A stretch of DNA of 58,847 nt, from the IMG/VR virus record IMGVR_UViG_3300009124_000013, positions 1-58,847 of that record. One strand, written 5' to 3'. This stretch comes from a virus (taxonomy: Duplodnaviria; Caudoviricetes). The notes below the pieces were generated by a model that saw only the letters and a program-made list of their open reading frames with translations, was not told the DNA's origin and made no database searches. Below, piece by piece: positions 6,419 through 15,902 of the stretch; position 1 is the first letter of the stretch, and each line of letters starts with the position of its first letter. Made by a program: the position numbers and the translations under genes.

Positions 6419-6698
6419 AGAACTACTACGCTCACGTTATGGGGTGGTAGTTTTTTCTCATGATTGTGACCCCAGCTTTATTGATAAAAAGCAATTCCCT
6501 TCTGATGCAGTTCTAATTACCTATGAAATAGAAGGTAAAATTACAAGGGATCATGTAAGGGGTCCAAAGGTTGTCAAGATATTTGATGCATACCACGATC
6601 TTCTCAAACCAGTTGGGGGAAAGATCTTGACAATTGAGAAATGGTATGGTATGGTTAATCCGAAACTTTGGGGAAACACTACTAAGAAAAAGAAATGA
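6390..6698 (+). CDS. conserved hypothetical protein
   Basis: IFDAYHD...GMVNPKLWG; start could alternatively be 6315. Confidence 0.7.
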   Translation: MSFNLTESDKELLRSRYGVVVFSHDCDPSFIDKKQFPSDAVLITYEIEGKITRDHVRGPKVVKIFDAYHDLLKPVGGKILTIEKWYGMVNPKLWGNTTKKKK

Positions 6699-6910
6699 AC
6701 GAAGATTGGCGCTACAACGACGAGCGTATGGAATTACGCCAAGAAGTTTACACAATCCTCCTCAATAGATTTGGAGGTTTAACAGACGACAATGGTGAAC
6801 CTCTTCACAGTATGCAATCAATTACTGAGTGTTGTAATGATTGGGTTTCCCAAGGTCATGCTCTCCCAAATGGTATCGTAAAGTATTATCAAGCGTATTA
6901 TGCAAGTTAA
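6695..6910 (+). CDS. hypothetical protein
   Basis: ORF track; ATGA overlap. Confidence 0.75.
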   Translation: MNEDWRYNDERMELRQEVYTILLNRFGGLTDDNGEPLHSMQSITECCNDWVSQGHALPNGIVKYYQAYYAS

Positions 6911-7547
6911 ATTGATTAGTGTTACCCCTGATGCTGAAAAGACGATGGGGTATGTGGCACGTGTTAGTAACCCTAACAACCAAGAAAATCCAAAGGTTGC
7001 GGGTCTTTTATCCTATTGTATTAAACACCAGCATTGGAGCGTCTTTGAGCAGGCACACATGACGCTTGAGATTGAGACCACCAGGGGACTGGCAGCTCAA
7101 ATTTTGAGGCATCGTTCGTTCACCTTCCAAGAGTTTTCCCAGCGGTATGCTGACAGTTCTATGTTGGCAGATGAGATCCCTCTGTTTGATCTTCGTTCCC
7201 AAGATCATAAGAACCGCCAGAACTCTATCGATGATGTTGATCCTTTCTTGAAGCAAGAACTTGAGATCACCATCAAGCGACACTTCCAGAGTGCCATGGA
7301 CATCTACAAGCACATGCTTGAAATGGGAATTGCAAAAGAGTGTGCTCGTTTTGTGCTTCCCCTAGCAGTTCCCACCAGGATTTACATGACGGGATCAGTT
7401 CGCTCGTGGATTCACTACATTGAATTGCGTTCTGCTCATGGCACACAGAAAGAGCACATGGACATTGCTAACGAGTGTAAGAAAGTTTTCTCTGAGCAAT
7501 TCCCTATCGTAGCAACTGCATTGGAGTGGATTGATGCCCCTGTATGA
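6900..7547 (+). CDS. thyX: flavin-dependent thymidylate synthase
   Basis: RHRSFTFQEFSQRY ThyX motif, HWSVFE, ECARFVLP. Confidence 0.96.
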   Translation: MQVKLISVTPDAEKTMGYVARVSNPNNQENPKVAGLLSYCIKHQHWSVFEQAHMTLEIETTRGLAAQILRHRSFTFQEFSQRYADSSMLADEIPLFDLRSQDHKNRQNSIDDVDPFLKQELEITIKRHFQSAMDIYKHMLEMGIAKECARFVLPLAVPTRIYMTGSVRSWIHYIELRSAHGTQKEHMDIANECKKVFSEQFPIVATALEWIDAPV

Positions 7548-7767
7548 TTTCAGAAACAAAGAAACTGGAGAGATCATTGAAGTTCGCATGAGTTTCACTG
7601 AGCTCGATAAATACAAGCAAGATAATCCTCATCTTGAGCAATACCATGGGAATTTCCCTGGTGTTGTTGCTGATGTGGGTATCCGAAACAAAGTTCCTGA
7701 TGGATTCAGAGACGTTCTGAAGTCAATCAAGAAAGCAAACTACGGTTCTAACATCGACACCTACTAA
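7534..7767 (+). CDS. FmdB-like small regulatory protein
   Basis: MPLYDF N-terminus; typical position between thyX and phoH. Confidence 0.65.
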   Translation: MPLYDFRNKETGEIIEVRMSFTELDKYKQDNPHLEQYHGNFPGVVADVGIRNKVPDGFRDVLKSIKKANYGSNIDTY

Positions 7768-7771
7768 TTTT

Positions 7772-8527
7772 ATGCCAAGAAGAAGAAAGGACAACCAGTT
7801 CGATTTTGTCAACAGCACTCCTAAGCAAATGAGACGTAAGAAACCGATCAATGTTGATCATCTCAAAGAGATTGAACCTCTTACCGAGAATCAAACTACA
7901 GCATTTGATGCGTATGAGAATGGTAAGAATCTTTTCCTTTATGGGTGTGCAGGTACTGGTAAAACCTTTATCGCAATGTATCTGGCACTGAAAGAAATTC
8001 TTTCTGGCACATCTCCTTACGAAAAACTTTATATGGTACGCTCTCTGGTTCCTACCAGAGAAATTGGATTCCTTCCTGGGGATCATGAAGATAAATCAAA
8101 CCTTTATCAGATCCCTTATAAGAACATGGTTAAGTACATGTTCAAGATGCCTGATGATCCAGCATTCGATATGCTGTATGACAATCTGAAGGCACAAGAA
8201 ACTATCTCCTTCTGGAGCACATCATTCCTTCGTGGTACAACTCTGGACAATGCAATCGTTATCGTTGACGAATGCCAGAACCTGAACTTCCACGAACTGG
8301 ACTCTATCATCACTCGTGTTGGTGAGAATTGTAAGATCATCTTTGCAGGTGATGCACTTCAAACTGACCTCGTTAAAACAAACGAGAGGAATGGCATCCT
8401 TGACTTCATGAAGATCCTTGAGGTTATGGATGAGTTTGCAAGCATTGAATTTAATGTCAATGATATTGTGAGAAGTGGTCTGATTAAGAGTTACATTCTC
8501 AGTAAAATGCACCTTGGATTTGCCTAA
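7772..8527 (+). CDS. phoH: PhoH-like ATPase
   Basis: GCAGTGKT Walker A, IGFLPG, FLRGTT, DECQN, GDxxQxD. Confidence 0.96.
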   Translation: MPRRRKDNQFDFVNSTPKQMRRKKPINVDHLKEIEPLTENQTTAFDAYENGKNLFLYGCAGTGKTFIAMYLALKEILSGTSPYEKLYMVRSLVPTREIGFLPGDHEDKSNLYQIPYKNMVKYMFKMPDDPAFDMLYDNLKAQETISFWSTSFLRGTTLDNAIVIVDECQNLNFHELDSIITRVGENCKIIFAGDALQTDLVKTNERNGILDFMKILEVMDEFASIEFNVNDIVRSGLIKSYILSKMHLGFA

Positions 8528-9195
8528 TGTTTAATCACGTTGATATGGGCGTGACTCTTGATAACCTGAAAGCGCAAACTGTTGATGGTAAAAGAGTTTA
8601 CGCCGTTGGTGAGATGTTTTATCCTTCAATCTCTACCATCTGTTCTTTCCGAAAGCGTAAGTCCATTGCAGAATGGAGAGCACGAGTAGGAGAGGAAGAA
8701 GCAAACAAGATCTCTGTTCGAGCAGCGTCTGCTGGAACCACTCTACATAGTATAGTCGAAGATTACCTAAATAATAACTTAGACCTTGACAAGTACAAGG
8801 ATAAGTTCCTTCCAGTACTGCTTTTCAAACAAGCAAAGCAGATGCTGAGTAAGATCGACAACATTCACTTTCAAGAGGCACCTCTTTATAGCCACGAATT
8901 TGGCATTGCTGGTAGAGTAGATTGTATTGCAGAGTTTGAAGGCAAACTTTCAATCATTGATTTTAAAACATCTTCCAAAGAGAAGAAAGAATCCTGGATT
9001 GAGAACTATTTTGTTCAAGAGACAGGGTATGCTAAAATGTATGAAGAACGATCTGGTATCAAGGTCGAACAGATCGTTACTCTAATTACCTGCCAAAATG
9101 GTTTCACTCAGGTCTTTGTTAAAGATCCTGAGGATTACGTGCCTCTGCTAAAAGATTACATTGCAGAGTATAAAGATGCCCATGAAACCAGGTAA
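8527..9195 (+). CDS. PD-(D/E)XK exonuclease (Cas4/RecB-like)
   Basis: YPSIST, GTxLH, AGRVDC, IIDFKTS, QxxxY. Confidence 0.88.
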   Translation: MFNHVDMGVTLDNLKAQTVDGKRVYAVGEMFYPSISTICSFRKRKSIAEWRARVGEEEANKISVRAASAGTTLHSIVEDYLNNNLDLDKYKDKFLPVLLFKQAKQMLSKIDNIHFQEAPLYSHEFGIAGRVDCIAEFEGKLSIIDFKTSSKEKKESWIENYFVQETGYAKMYEERSGIKVEQIVTLITCQNGFTQVFVKDPEDYVPLLKDYIAEYKDAHETR

Positions 9196-9448
9196 AAACA
9201 TAGATGAATTAATTGATGACAATTTTATGGATAAAAATAAGTTTTCAATGACCATTGAGAACATAGTTAAAGATAGTAAAAGAACCATCAATTATATTGA
9301 TGCTATTGTTGACTATTGTGAAACAAAGGACATTGAAGTTGAGAGTGTAGTCAAACTGATTGCACCATCTTTGAAAGAAAAGATTAAAGCTGAAGCAACC
9401 CGTCTTAATTACATTAAGAAAACAACCAAAGGAGTTTTGCCGATCTGA
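9176..9448 (+). CDS. gp33: late promoter transcription co-activator
   Basis: FSxxIE, YIDAIVDYCE, LKEKIKAEA; synteny with gp59 and gp32. Confidence 0.88.
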   Translation: MPMKPGKNIDELIDDNFMDKNKFSMTIENIVKDSKRTINYIDAIVDYCETKDIEVESVVKLIAPSLKEKIKAEATRLNYIKKTTKGVLPI

Positions 9449-9450
9449 TT

Positions 9451-10026
9451 ATGTCTGCTTTTGATGTGTACTCTGTTTATCTGGCAGTTAAATCTCATTT
9501 CACTACAGATAAGTATGATTTTTTTAGGTATGGTGGTAAGACAAGAACTTCTGAAGAGAAGTTCAATCAAAGAAATGATCGTTATTTCTTTGAAAAATTA
9601 GGTAGTAAGTACAATCAAAACGAAGTCCTAGAATACTTTGTTTCTAACTTTCTAGTCAATTCAAACTTCTACATCAAAGAGATGAAAGAAGAGAACTGGA
9701 TTGAATGGAATAGGAAGAAGCAAAGTATGACTTATCTTTTTGGTCAAGATATCGAATCCATATTGGCGAGATATGAAACTCTCAATACGGCATTGCAGTG
9801 TACCAATATGCAACACTCAGGTATTATTAAAATGTATCTGGGTGGTCATATCATGATAGAGACATTAGTGATCTTAGATAGGATGACTAAATACTCTACA
9901 CGTTATGATAGCATATTATCTAATGATGTAGTATGGAAGTCACTATCCAAAACAGTCAAAAAGTATGCTGCCTTTGTGAATTTTGACACTCTCAAGGCAA
10001 AGGAAATAATTTCTAGTAAGGTATGA
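9451..10026 (+). CDS. gp59: helicase loader
   Basis: YLAVKSHF..KYDFFRYGGK..RNDRYFFEKL; IETLVIL. Confidence 0.9.
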   Translation: MSAFDVYSVYLAVKSHFTTDKYDFFRYGGKTRTSEEKFNQRNDRYFFEKLGSKYNQNEVLEYFVSNFLVNSNFYIKEMKEENWIEWNRKKQSMTYLFGQDIESILARYETLNTALQCTNMQHSGIIKMYLGGHIMIETLVILDRMTKYSTRYDSILSNDVVWKSLSKTVKKYAAFVNFDTLKAKEIISSKV

Positions 10027-10367
10027 ATAACACAAACTTATTCTCATCGGAAATTGTTCGTAAAGAACTTATCGTTATGAAAGAACTTTACGACTCAACT
10101 TCCAAGCGAATCAGAAAGTTTGCGGATCTTGATGCTGATCAGAGACAAGAACTTTATAATGATATGGACTCTCTTGTAGAGAAGCAAGAACTTCTTTACA
10201 CCAGGGTAATGCTTTGTGATGATGATGACAGCGAATTAATTAAGAAGAACTTTAGGGACGCTGCTGATGCCATGGGAATCCCATCCTTTGCGTTGGGACC
10301 TGAGATTTTTAAAGTAGCACGTTCTGCAGTCCAAACTTTGAGGGATCGAGACCAAGATTTGGACTGA
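10023..10367 (+). CDS. helical hypothetical protein (DUF1825-like by synteny and FSSEIVR start)
   Basis: Between gp59 and gp32; LxEKQ..Y.R..L.DD pattern. Confidence 0.65.
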   Translation: MNNTNLFSSEIVRKELIVMKELYDSTSKRIRKFADLDADQRQELYNDMDSLVEKQELLYTRVMLCDDDDSELIKKNFRDAADAMGIPSFALGPEIFKVARSAVQTLRDRDQDLD

Positions 10368-10374
10368 TAACCCC

Positions 10375-10403
10375 TTGACAGACCCTCACACATCTGTTAT
10401 GAT
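10375..10403 (+). promoter_or_regulatory. sigma70 promoter of gp32
   Basis: TTGACA-N17-TATGAT with TGn. Confidence 0.85.
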
Positions 10404-10457
10404 AATCCAGTCAATACGACACAATCCAACAAATCCATTCAATACGGAGAAAATTAA

Positions 10458-11363
10458 ATGTCTTTCGCATCTCTCAAGACCCAAGGTTCCCTGCTGCAAA
10501 AGCTGAACCAAGAACTCAAGAAAGAAGAGGGTTCTACTGGGTACATTGATGATCGCATTTGGAAACCTGCCATGGGCAAAGATGGCGTCGGCAATGCCCT
10601 GATTCGTTTCCTCCCTCCTGCTGAAGGCAATGACATGCCTTGGGCAAAGGTTTATTCTCATGCTTTCCAAGGTCCTACTGGATCCTGGTACATTGAGAAC
10701 TCTCTGACCACTGTTGGTCAGCAAGATCCCGTCAGCGAACTCAACCGTGTTCTTTGGAACAGCGGTCTTGACTCTGACAAAGAGGTTGCTCGTAAGCAGA
10801 AGCGTAAACTGTCTTACTACAGCAACATCTACGTGATCAAGGATTCTGCTAATCCTCAAAACGAAGGTCGTGTCTTCCTTTACAAGTACGGCAAGAAGAT
10901 CCACGACAAGATCATTGCAGCAATGCAACCTGAGTTTGAAGGTGAAGAACCCATCAATCCTTTTGACTTCTGGCAAGGTGCTGACTTCAACCTTCGCATC
11001 AAGAAGGTTGCTGGTTACTGGAACTATGATTCCTCTGTCTTCGGTCGCCCTGGTGTTCTCGGTGGGTTTGATGACTCTGAACTGGAAAAGATCTACAACC
11101 AGATCCATGACCTGAATGAGTTCACTGATGCTAAGAACTTCAAGTCCTATGATGAACTGAAGAAGCGTCTTGACCTCGTGCTCAAGGGTGCTCCTCGCAT
11201 CGATCGTGAAGAGTATGAGAACGACGTTGCCGCTGAGTACCAAGCAAGTGCTCCTGCACCTGTCCCTCAAGCAATGAAGGAAGAGTTGAATGCACTCAGC
11301 TCCTCGGGTGCCAGCGATGACACCTACAGTTACTTTGACTCTCTCGCCAACGAAGAGTTCTGA
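10458..11363 (+). CDS. gp32: single-stranded DNA-binding protein
   Basis: IRFLP, WYIENSLTT, KRKLSYYSNI, YKYGKKI, NYD.S.F, acidic tail. Confidence 0.96.
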   Translation: MSFASLKTQGSLLQKLNQELKKEEGSTGYIDDRIWKPAMGKDGVGNALIRFLPPAEGNDMPWAKVYSHAFQGPTGSWYIENSLTTVGQQDPVSELNRVLWNSGLDSDKEVARKQKRKLSYYSNIYVIKDSANPQNEGRVFLYKYGKKIHDKIIAAMQPEFEGEEPINPFDFWQGADFNLRIKKVAGYWNYDSSVFGRPGVLGGFDDSELEKIYNQIHDLNEFTDAKNFKSYDELKKRLDLVLKGAPRIDREEYENDVAAEYQASAPAPVPQAMKEELNALSSSGASDDTYSYFDSLANEEF

Positions 11364-11366
11364 TAC

Positions 11367-11398
11367 AGAAGGGGGTCCTGAAAAGGATCCCCTTTTTT
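11367..11398 (+). terminator. intrinsic terminator
   Basis: AAGGGGGTCCT-GAAA-AGGATCCCCTT plus T-run. Confidence 0.88.
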
Positions 11399-11513
11399 AT
11401 TTCCCAAATCGAAATTCACTTTTTAGTTACAAAAAAGTCGGAAAAAAAACTCCGCCAAAAATTTGCTCAAAAGGGTCGATCATAAATAATCCATAGTGGT
11501 GAAAGGAATTTGT

Positions 11514-11825
11514 ATGCTTTCTACGCAATATCGCCTCAGGTTAGAGTTTATTTGTAAAAGGATTGCCAATAATGAAGAAGTAAAGTTGGAAGATATGATT
11601 TGGGCAGAAAAGATTGCTAAATCATATACTACCGCAAGAGATTGGTTGAATAGAGCAAGACGTGAGTCAAATGGTATTGAGGAAGGAAGTATGGATGATT
11701 TTATGAATAAGATGGGATTAGGAGACCCCGACCCATCTAATCACAGTACGGGGTTTCAAAGTGCCGATGAAATTGTTGAATGGTTTAAGCAGGATAAACC
11801 AGACGACTGGAGGCAGAGAGATTAG
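11514..11825 (+). CDS. conserved hypothetical protein
   Basis: MLSTQYRLRL...DWRQRD; AAGGA RBS; ATAAATA at 11482-11488. Confidence 0.8.
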   Translation: MLSTQYRLRLEFICKRIANNEEVKLEDMIWAEKIAKSYTTARDWLNRARRESNGIEEGSMDDFMNKMGLGDPDPSNHSTGFQSADEIVEWFKQDKPDDWRQRD

Positions 11826-12445
11826 TTATTAGAAATTTTGAGTTTTTCTGTAACAAACTCTGTACTTGGGGTAAATTTCATTTCTTTTTCGAAGATCTCA
11901 GTAAAGGAATCTACGAAAGAAGGTTTTAAAATGTAAATTTGCCTTTTTTCTTCATTTTTGTCTGCTTCATACTCATAGTTGGAAACTGCTCTTCTCGATA
12001 ATGCCGCTGAGCGAGTAACTCCTTCTGGAGTGGTAAATCTAAAACTTTCACCAACGGTAATACCACTTTCTAGGATAATAGTGCCATTATACGTTTGTTG
12101 AAGAGTTTCGTAGTGATGGACATCTCCAGCATTTGCATATTTCTTGGCAACATACTCATTTAGCACTGTAGTGGTCATTGGCCAATCTTCATACACATTC
12201 TTAATGTTGTTAATAATCAAAATAATCCAATCTAACCCAGAATCGCCATAATAGTCGTATGCGACAGTATCGGGTCTTTCTCCATCTTGAATAAAGTAGT
12301 CCTCGAAGGTGGTTGCTCCTGGAAGAACGTCATCGATGATTTTGATTCTTGAGAAAATATTCTTAATTTGAATATATTTCCCATCGTACTTGTTTTTCTT
12401 ATATTTCAGATATATGATATCTGATACTTTATCGAAGTATGACAT
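11822..12445 (-). CDS. gp53: baseplate wedge subunit
   Basis: GERPDTVAYDYYGD..LDWIILIINNI..WP; HHYET; SNYEYE. Confidence 0.9.
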   Translation of the reverse strand: MSYFDKVSDIIYLKYKKNKYDGKYIQIKNIFSRIKIIDDVLPGATTFEDYFIQDGERPDTVAYDYYGDSGLDWIILIINNIKNVYEDWPMTTTVLNEYVAKKYANAGDVHHYETLQQTYNGTIILESGITVGESFRFTTPEGVTRSAALSRRAVSNYEYEADKNEEKRQIYILKPSFVDSFTEIFEKEMKFTPSTEFVTEKLKISNN

Positions 12446-12465
12446 TTTAGTTAATTCTCCTTAAA

Positions 12466-13494
12466 TTATCTTCCAGTTCGCCAACGTTTTCTATTACGAT
12501 AATTAGATGACTGATTGTTTACTGATGTTGTTTTTGCACTGGACTCATTTCCAAGATCAATAGGATCTTCAAATTCATCAAGATCTTCTCTAGTAAGTGC
12601 AGTCAATTCGGAAAACTGCATAGAGATTCTTACAGCAGTTACAAATCCACCTGGAGTCAAACTGAGAACATTATCTGGAGTATATGAGACATCAAATTTA
12701 GTCATGGCACAATATCTAGTTGCTGGGAAGAAAGAACTGATATCTGGACTGGTGGATGATGGTGTTACTAAATTATTTTTACGGACTGATACATTGTTTC
12801 TATATCCGCTAGGCATAATTCTAAACACATAGGGATATTTTAAGAAAATTGTATTATTTTTCGTATTGGAGTCACTTGCTGGGTGCATTGCAGATTTGAA
12901 AAATTTGACAATCTTTTTGATTTCAGTTTCTTCAGTTTTATTTCTTGCTACAAGCAAATAATCATAACTGAAGTCCCTCAGTTGCATTTTCTCAAAGGTC
13001 TGAATAGTGTTATCGTTAAATGTGACACCAAAGGCAGCACCCAAAACATTATCTAAATCTACTCCCTGGACTTTTGGAACATTCGTTAGTGCGTCTGCGA
13101 CTGAATCACCTAAAACATTTGCAGCAGTTGCCGTACCAATTTTTGCTGCTTGACCAAGAGCCTCTCCAATATTTCCAGAACCAAATGCAGATCCTAAAGC
13201 ACCAAATTGGACTTTTTGCCACTCTGCACCATAACTAAATTCCAGTTTTGGTGGAAGATATAAAAATACAGATCCTTTATCTACTGCTGAAGAAGTTGTG
13301 CCCCCAGTAGTTGCACCAGTAACGGTGCTTCCAATATTGTCTATACTATCTGTAGTTGAGATTTGAACATTGCTGCCAATAGCACTTTTAATATCTTTAT
13401 TACCTACCTGAGGAGTACTTTGATAGTCATACGCCTTGAATTGTAGGTACAATCCAACATCGCTTACATTTAATGGATACTTATAGGTGGTCAT
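12466..13494 (-). CDS. gp48: baseplate tail tube cap
   Basis: LYLPP, LRDFSY, IKKIVKFFKSAMHP, YTPD, MQFSE; synteny. Confidence 0.8.
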   Translation of the reverse strand: MTTYKYPLNVSDVGLYLQFKAYDYQSTPQVGNKDIKSAIGSNVQISTTDSIDNIGSTVTGATTGGTTSSAVDKGSVFLYLPPKLEFSYGAEWQKVQFGALGSAFGSGNIGEALGQAAKIGTATAANVLGDSVADALTNVPKVQGVDLDNVLGAAFGVTFNDNTIQTFEKMQLRDFSYDYLLVARNKTEETEIKKIVKFFKSAMHPASDSNTKNNTIFLKYPYVFRIMPSGYRNNVSVRKNNLVTPSSTSPDISSFFPATRYCAMTKFDVSYTPDNVLSLTPGGFVTAVRISMQFSELTALTREDLDEFEDPIDLGNESSAKTTSVNNQSSNYRNRKRWRTGR

Positions 13495-13958
13495 AGTTTG
13501 CCTGATTTTTGTACTTTCGCCGCACTAATGAATCTATTCTTATTATCACGGAATTCTTCCAAAGTCAAAGCAGCATAATCCATTAGATCTTTATCACGCA
13601 CTTTGAAAAACAGATTATCTGCTTTTGAAAAGATGTAGCGGTGTAATAATTTTGGGGGTATTTTGATACTTTTATTTAGATACTTTTTGGCGAGTAGAAT
13701 TCTTTGCTTTTGAGTAGTGTAATGAAGATTTGCACCTAGAAACCCATCTTCATAGACATTTAATACTAAAACCAAGGGATACTTGTCCCACTGTCTTAAA
13801 AATGCTTTAAATTTTGGGTTATACTCAAATAAGTAAAAATCCCCAACCATAACATCATCAGAAATATTGGAAAATTCCAGCAAATAGTCAAATGCTACTT
13901 TTCTTTGGGTGGATATTGTTTTAGCACCCTTCTCTTTTATTTCTGATAGGACGCTCAT
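13491..13958 (-). CDS. gp2: DNA end protector protein
   Basis: FEYNPK..WDKYPLV..GFLGANLHY; between gp4 and gp48. Confidence 0.8.
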   Translation of the reverse strand: MSVLSEIKEKGAKTISTQRKVAFDYLLEFSNISDDVMVGDFYLFEYNPKFKAFLRQWDKYPLVLVLNVYEDGFLGANLHYTTQKQRILLAKKYLNKSIKIPPKLLHRYIFSKADNLFFKVRDKDLMDYAALTLEEFRDNKNRFISAAKVQKSGKL

Positions 13959-14389
13959 ACCTTTAACTCCTTTTCGGTTAGTATTTTAAATTCCCATTGC
14001 CTGTCTTTACAATACTCTCGTGCTGCTCTCCATTTTGCGTCATTAACTGCATATGTAGTAACTTCAGTTATATACCTCTTTGTACGACGCTGCTGCTTTT
14101 TGGGAGGTGTTGTTTGCTTAAGCGGTTTGATCTCGATAATAAGTTTCTCAATCCTCCCAGTTTTACTTCGTACTCTGACGTAGAAATCTGGGAAATACCG
14201 ATGAACGCGATTATCGATAGGAGAGATATACGGGATAACAATTTCTTCTGACCCCCATTCTAGGACATTATCGTTTAAATCACAGTATTTCATAAATTTG
14301 AGTTCCCACAAACTTCTGTATATGATATTAGTGGGATCTCCTTTGTATTTCTTCCTGTTTGTCGGACGGTACTTTCCACTATAAGCCAT
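13955..14389 (-). CDS. gp4: head completion nuclease
   Basis: YRSLWE, WGSEE, RYFPDF, IEIKP, NDAKW. Confidence 0.93.
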   Translation of the reverse strand: MAYSGKYRPTNRKKYKGDPTNIIYRSLWELKFMKYCDLNDNVLEWGSEEIVIPYISPIDNRVHRYFPDFYVRVRSKTGRIEKLIIEIKPLKQTTPPKKQQRRTKRYITEVTTYAVNDAKWRAAREYCKDRQWEFKILTEKELKV

Positions 14390-14400
14390 AATATTGTTCG

Positions 14401-14435
14401 CTAAATATAAATATACTCTTCTAAGATGTATTTAG
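14401..14435. promoter_or_regulatory. divergent T4-type late promoters
   Basis: TATAAATA at 14406-14413 (+) and CTAAATA at 14429-14435 (-). Confidence 0.75.
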
Positions 14436-15173
14436 ATGAAAATCAATGACATCCTAACTAATATTGTTGGACCTGGAGGTATTGCATCTTCCAATCGGTA
14501 TCACGTATCCTTTCTTCCAGGGGAGACGTTACAGAATGCTATTGGAGTTTCTGGACTTCAGTCCCCTACAGTATACGAAAAGGAGTTTAATTCCAATGAG
14601 TTGATCAATAATGGAATTAAATTGAGTTTTTTATGTGATGAAGTAAATATCCCTGGATTCAGTGTATCTACTGGAGACCTTAAGGGATATGTACCTGGAA
14701 TTAACGCTAGGTATGCACATACTAAAACTTTCAGAGAGTTTTCGATGACATTTTTAATGGATAGGGATCACCTTCCATTAAAGTTCTTACAATCATGGGG
14801 AGAACATATATTCCCATATAAGCAGATTGACGGTACTGATGAAAACCCTAATTCTGCAAATTTCTCTGCAAAACATAATTATTACATGTTGACTAATTAT
14901 TATGATGATTACACCTGTGATATCTTTATTGAAAAGATTGAATCTGACAATAAAGATATGAATAGCAATTCCTACTACACCACAAAAGGTGTTAGTAAAT
15001 ATAGGATATATAAAGCGTTCCCATATATTGTGAATGACCTTACTCTTAGTAATGGTCCTAACCAACCACTCAAGGTTCAAGCATCATTTTACTTTGAACA
15101 TGTGAGAGAAATTGCTCCAAGTACACCTGGAGTTCCACTGTCCGAAATTTTTAATGGCGGACCAACTGTATAA
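14436..15173 (+). CDS. gp54/gp19-like baseplate tail-tube initiator
   Basis: NRYxV, LCDEVNIPG, YYDDY, AFP, F.F; position before gp26. Confidence 0.7.
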   Translation: MKINDILTNIVGPGGIASSNRYHVSFLPGETLQNAIGVSGLQSPTVYEKEFNSNELINNGIKLSFLCDEVNIPGFSVSTGDLKGYVPGINARYAHTKTFREFSMTFLMDRDHLPLKFLQSWGEHIFPYKQIDGTDENPNSANFSAKHNYYMLTNYYDDYTCDIFIEKIESDNKDMNSNSYYTTKGVSKYRIYKAFPYIVNDLTLSNGPNQPLKVQASFYFEHVREIAPSTPGVPLSEIFNGGPTV

Positions 15174-15191
15174 TAACAAAATTGGAGATTT

Positions 15192-15902
15192 ATGGCATTA
15201 CCTACATTAGAAAACCCTACATATGAGTTGATTGTACCATCACTCAATAAGAAAATTAAATACAGACCATTTACAGTTAAAGAAGAGAAAGTATTGTTGA
15301 TTGCATTGGAATCTGAAGATAACACTCAGATTGCAGATGCAATTAAAGGTATCATTGAAGCATGTGTTAATACAGGTTCTAGGCGAACCTTAAAGATAAA
15401 TGAATTAGCAACATTTGATATTGAGTATTTGTTTCTCAACATTCGTGCAAGGTCTGTCGGTGAAATTATTGAATTGATGCTAACTTGCCCCGATGACAAT
15501 GAAACTGAAATTAAGGTTTCTATTAATATTGAGGACATTCAAGTTCAATTTGACGAAGAGCATGAAAGCACCATTCAGTTGACTGATGATCTTTGGATTG
15601 AAATGGGATATCCAGGAATTGATTCCTTTACTGGGGATGATGACAACATTGATGATACATTTGAAATCATTGCAAAATCAATTAAAAAGATTTACAATGA
15701 AGAAGATGTCTGGGATAGATCTAGTGCAAAACAAAGTGAATTTGTTGACTTTGTTGAGAATATGAACAGCAAGCAATTTGCTAAGATTCAAAAGTTCTTT
15801 GATACTATTCCTACTTTGAAGCATACTATCAAAGCGAGGAATCCAAAAACAGGTTATGAATTTGACTATACTGTTGAAGGTCTGTCTAGTTTTTTCGTAT
15901 AG
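15192..15902 (+). CDS. gp26: baseplate hub assembly chaperone
   Basis: MALP..PTYEL, YRPFTVKEEKVLL, FDIEYLFLNIRARSVGE, GLSSFF. Confidence 0.93.
   Translation: MALPTLENPTYELIVPSLNKKIKYRPFTVKEEKVLLIALESEDNTQIADAIKGIIEACVNTGSRRTLKINELATFDIEYLFLNIRARSVGEIIELMLTCPDDNETEIKVSINIEDIQVQFDEEHESTIQLTDDLWIEMGYPGIDSFTGDDDNIDDTFEIIAKSIKKIYNEEDVWDRSSAKQSEFVDFVENMNSKQFAKIQKFFDTIPTLKHTIKARNPKTGYEFDYTVEGLSSFFV

Noticed and set aside
6627-6655. Internal promoter TTGACA-N17-TATGGT upstream of thyX
   Set aside because: Plausible, but the -10 is weak and it lies in AT-rich coding sequence; not enough support to list.
8527-9195. Cas4-like nuclease as sign of a CRISPR system
   Set aside because: No repeat-spacer array or other cas genes seen; lacks the four-Cys cluster pattern; it is the usual core exonuclease after phoH.
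10386-11270. 294-aa antisense ORF over gp32
   Set aside because: Shadow of biased codon usage on the sense strand; no RBS or protein-like features.
6900-11363. Introns, inteins or homing endonucleases in core genes
   Set aside because: thyX, phoH, gp59 and gp32 are uninterrupted and of ordinary length.
11290-11496. 68-aa ORF after gp32
   Set aside because: Runs through the terminator and A-tracts; no RBS.
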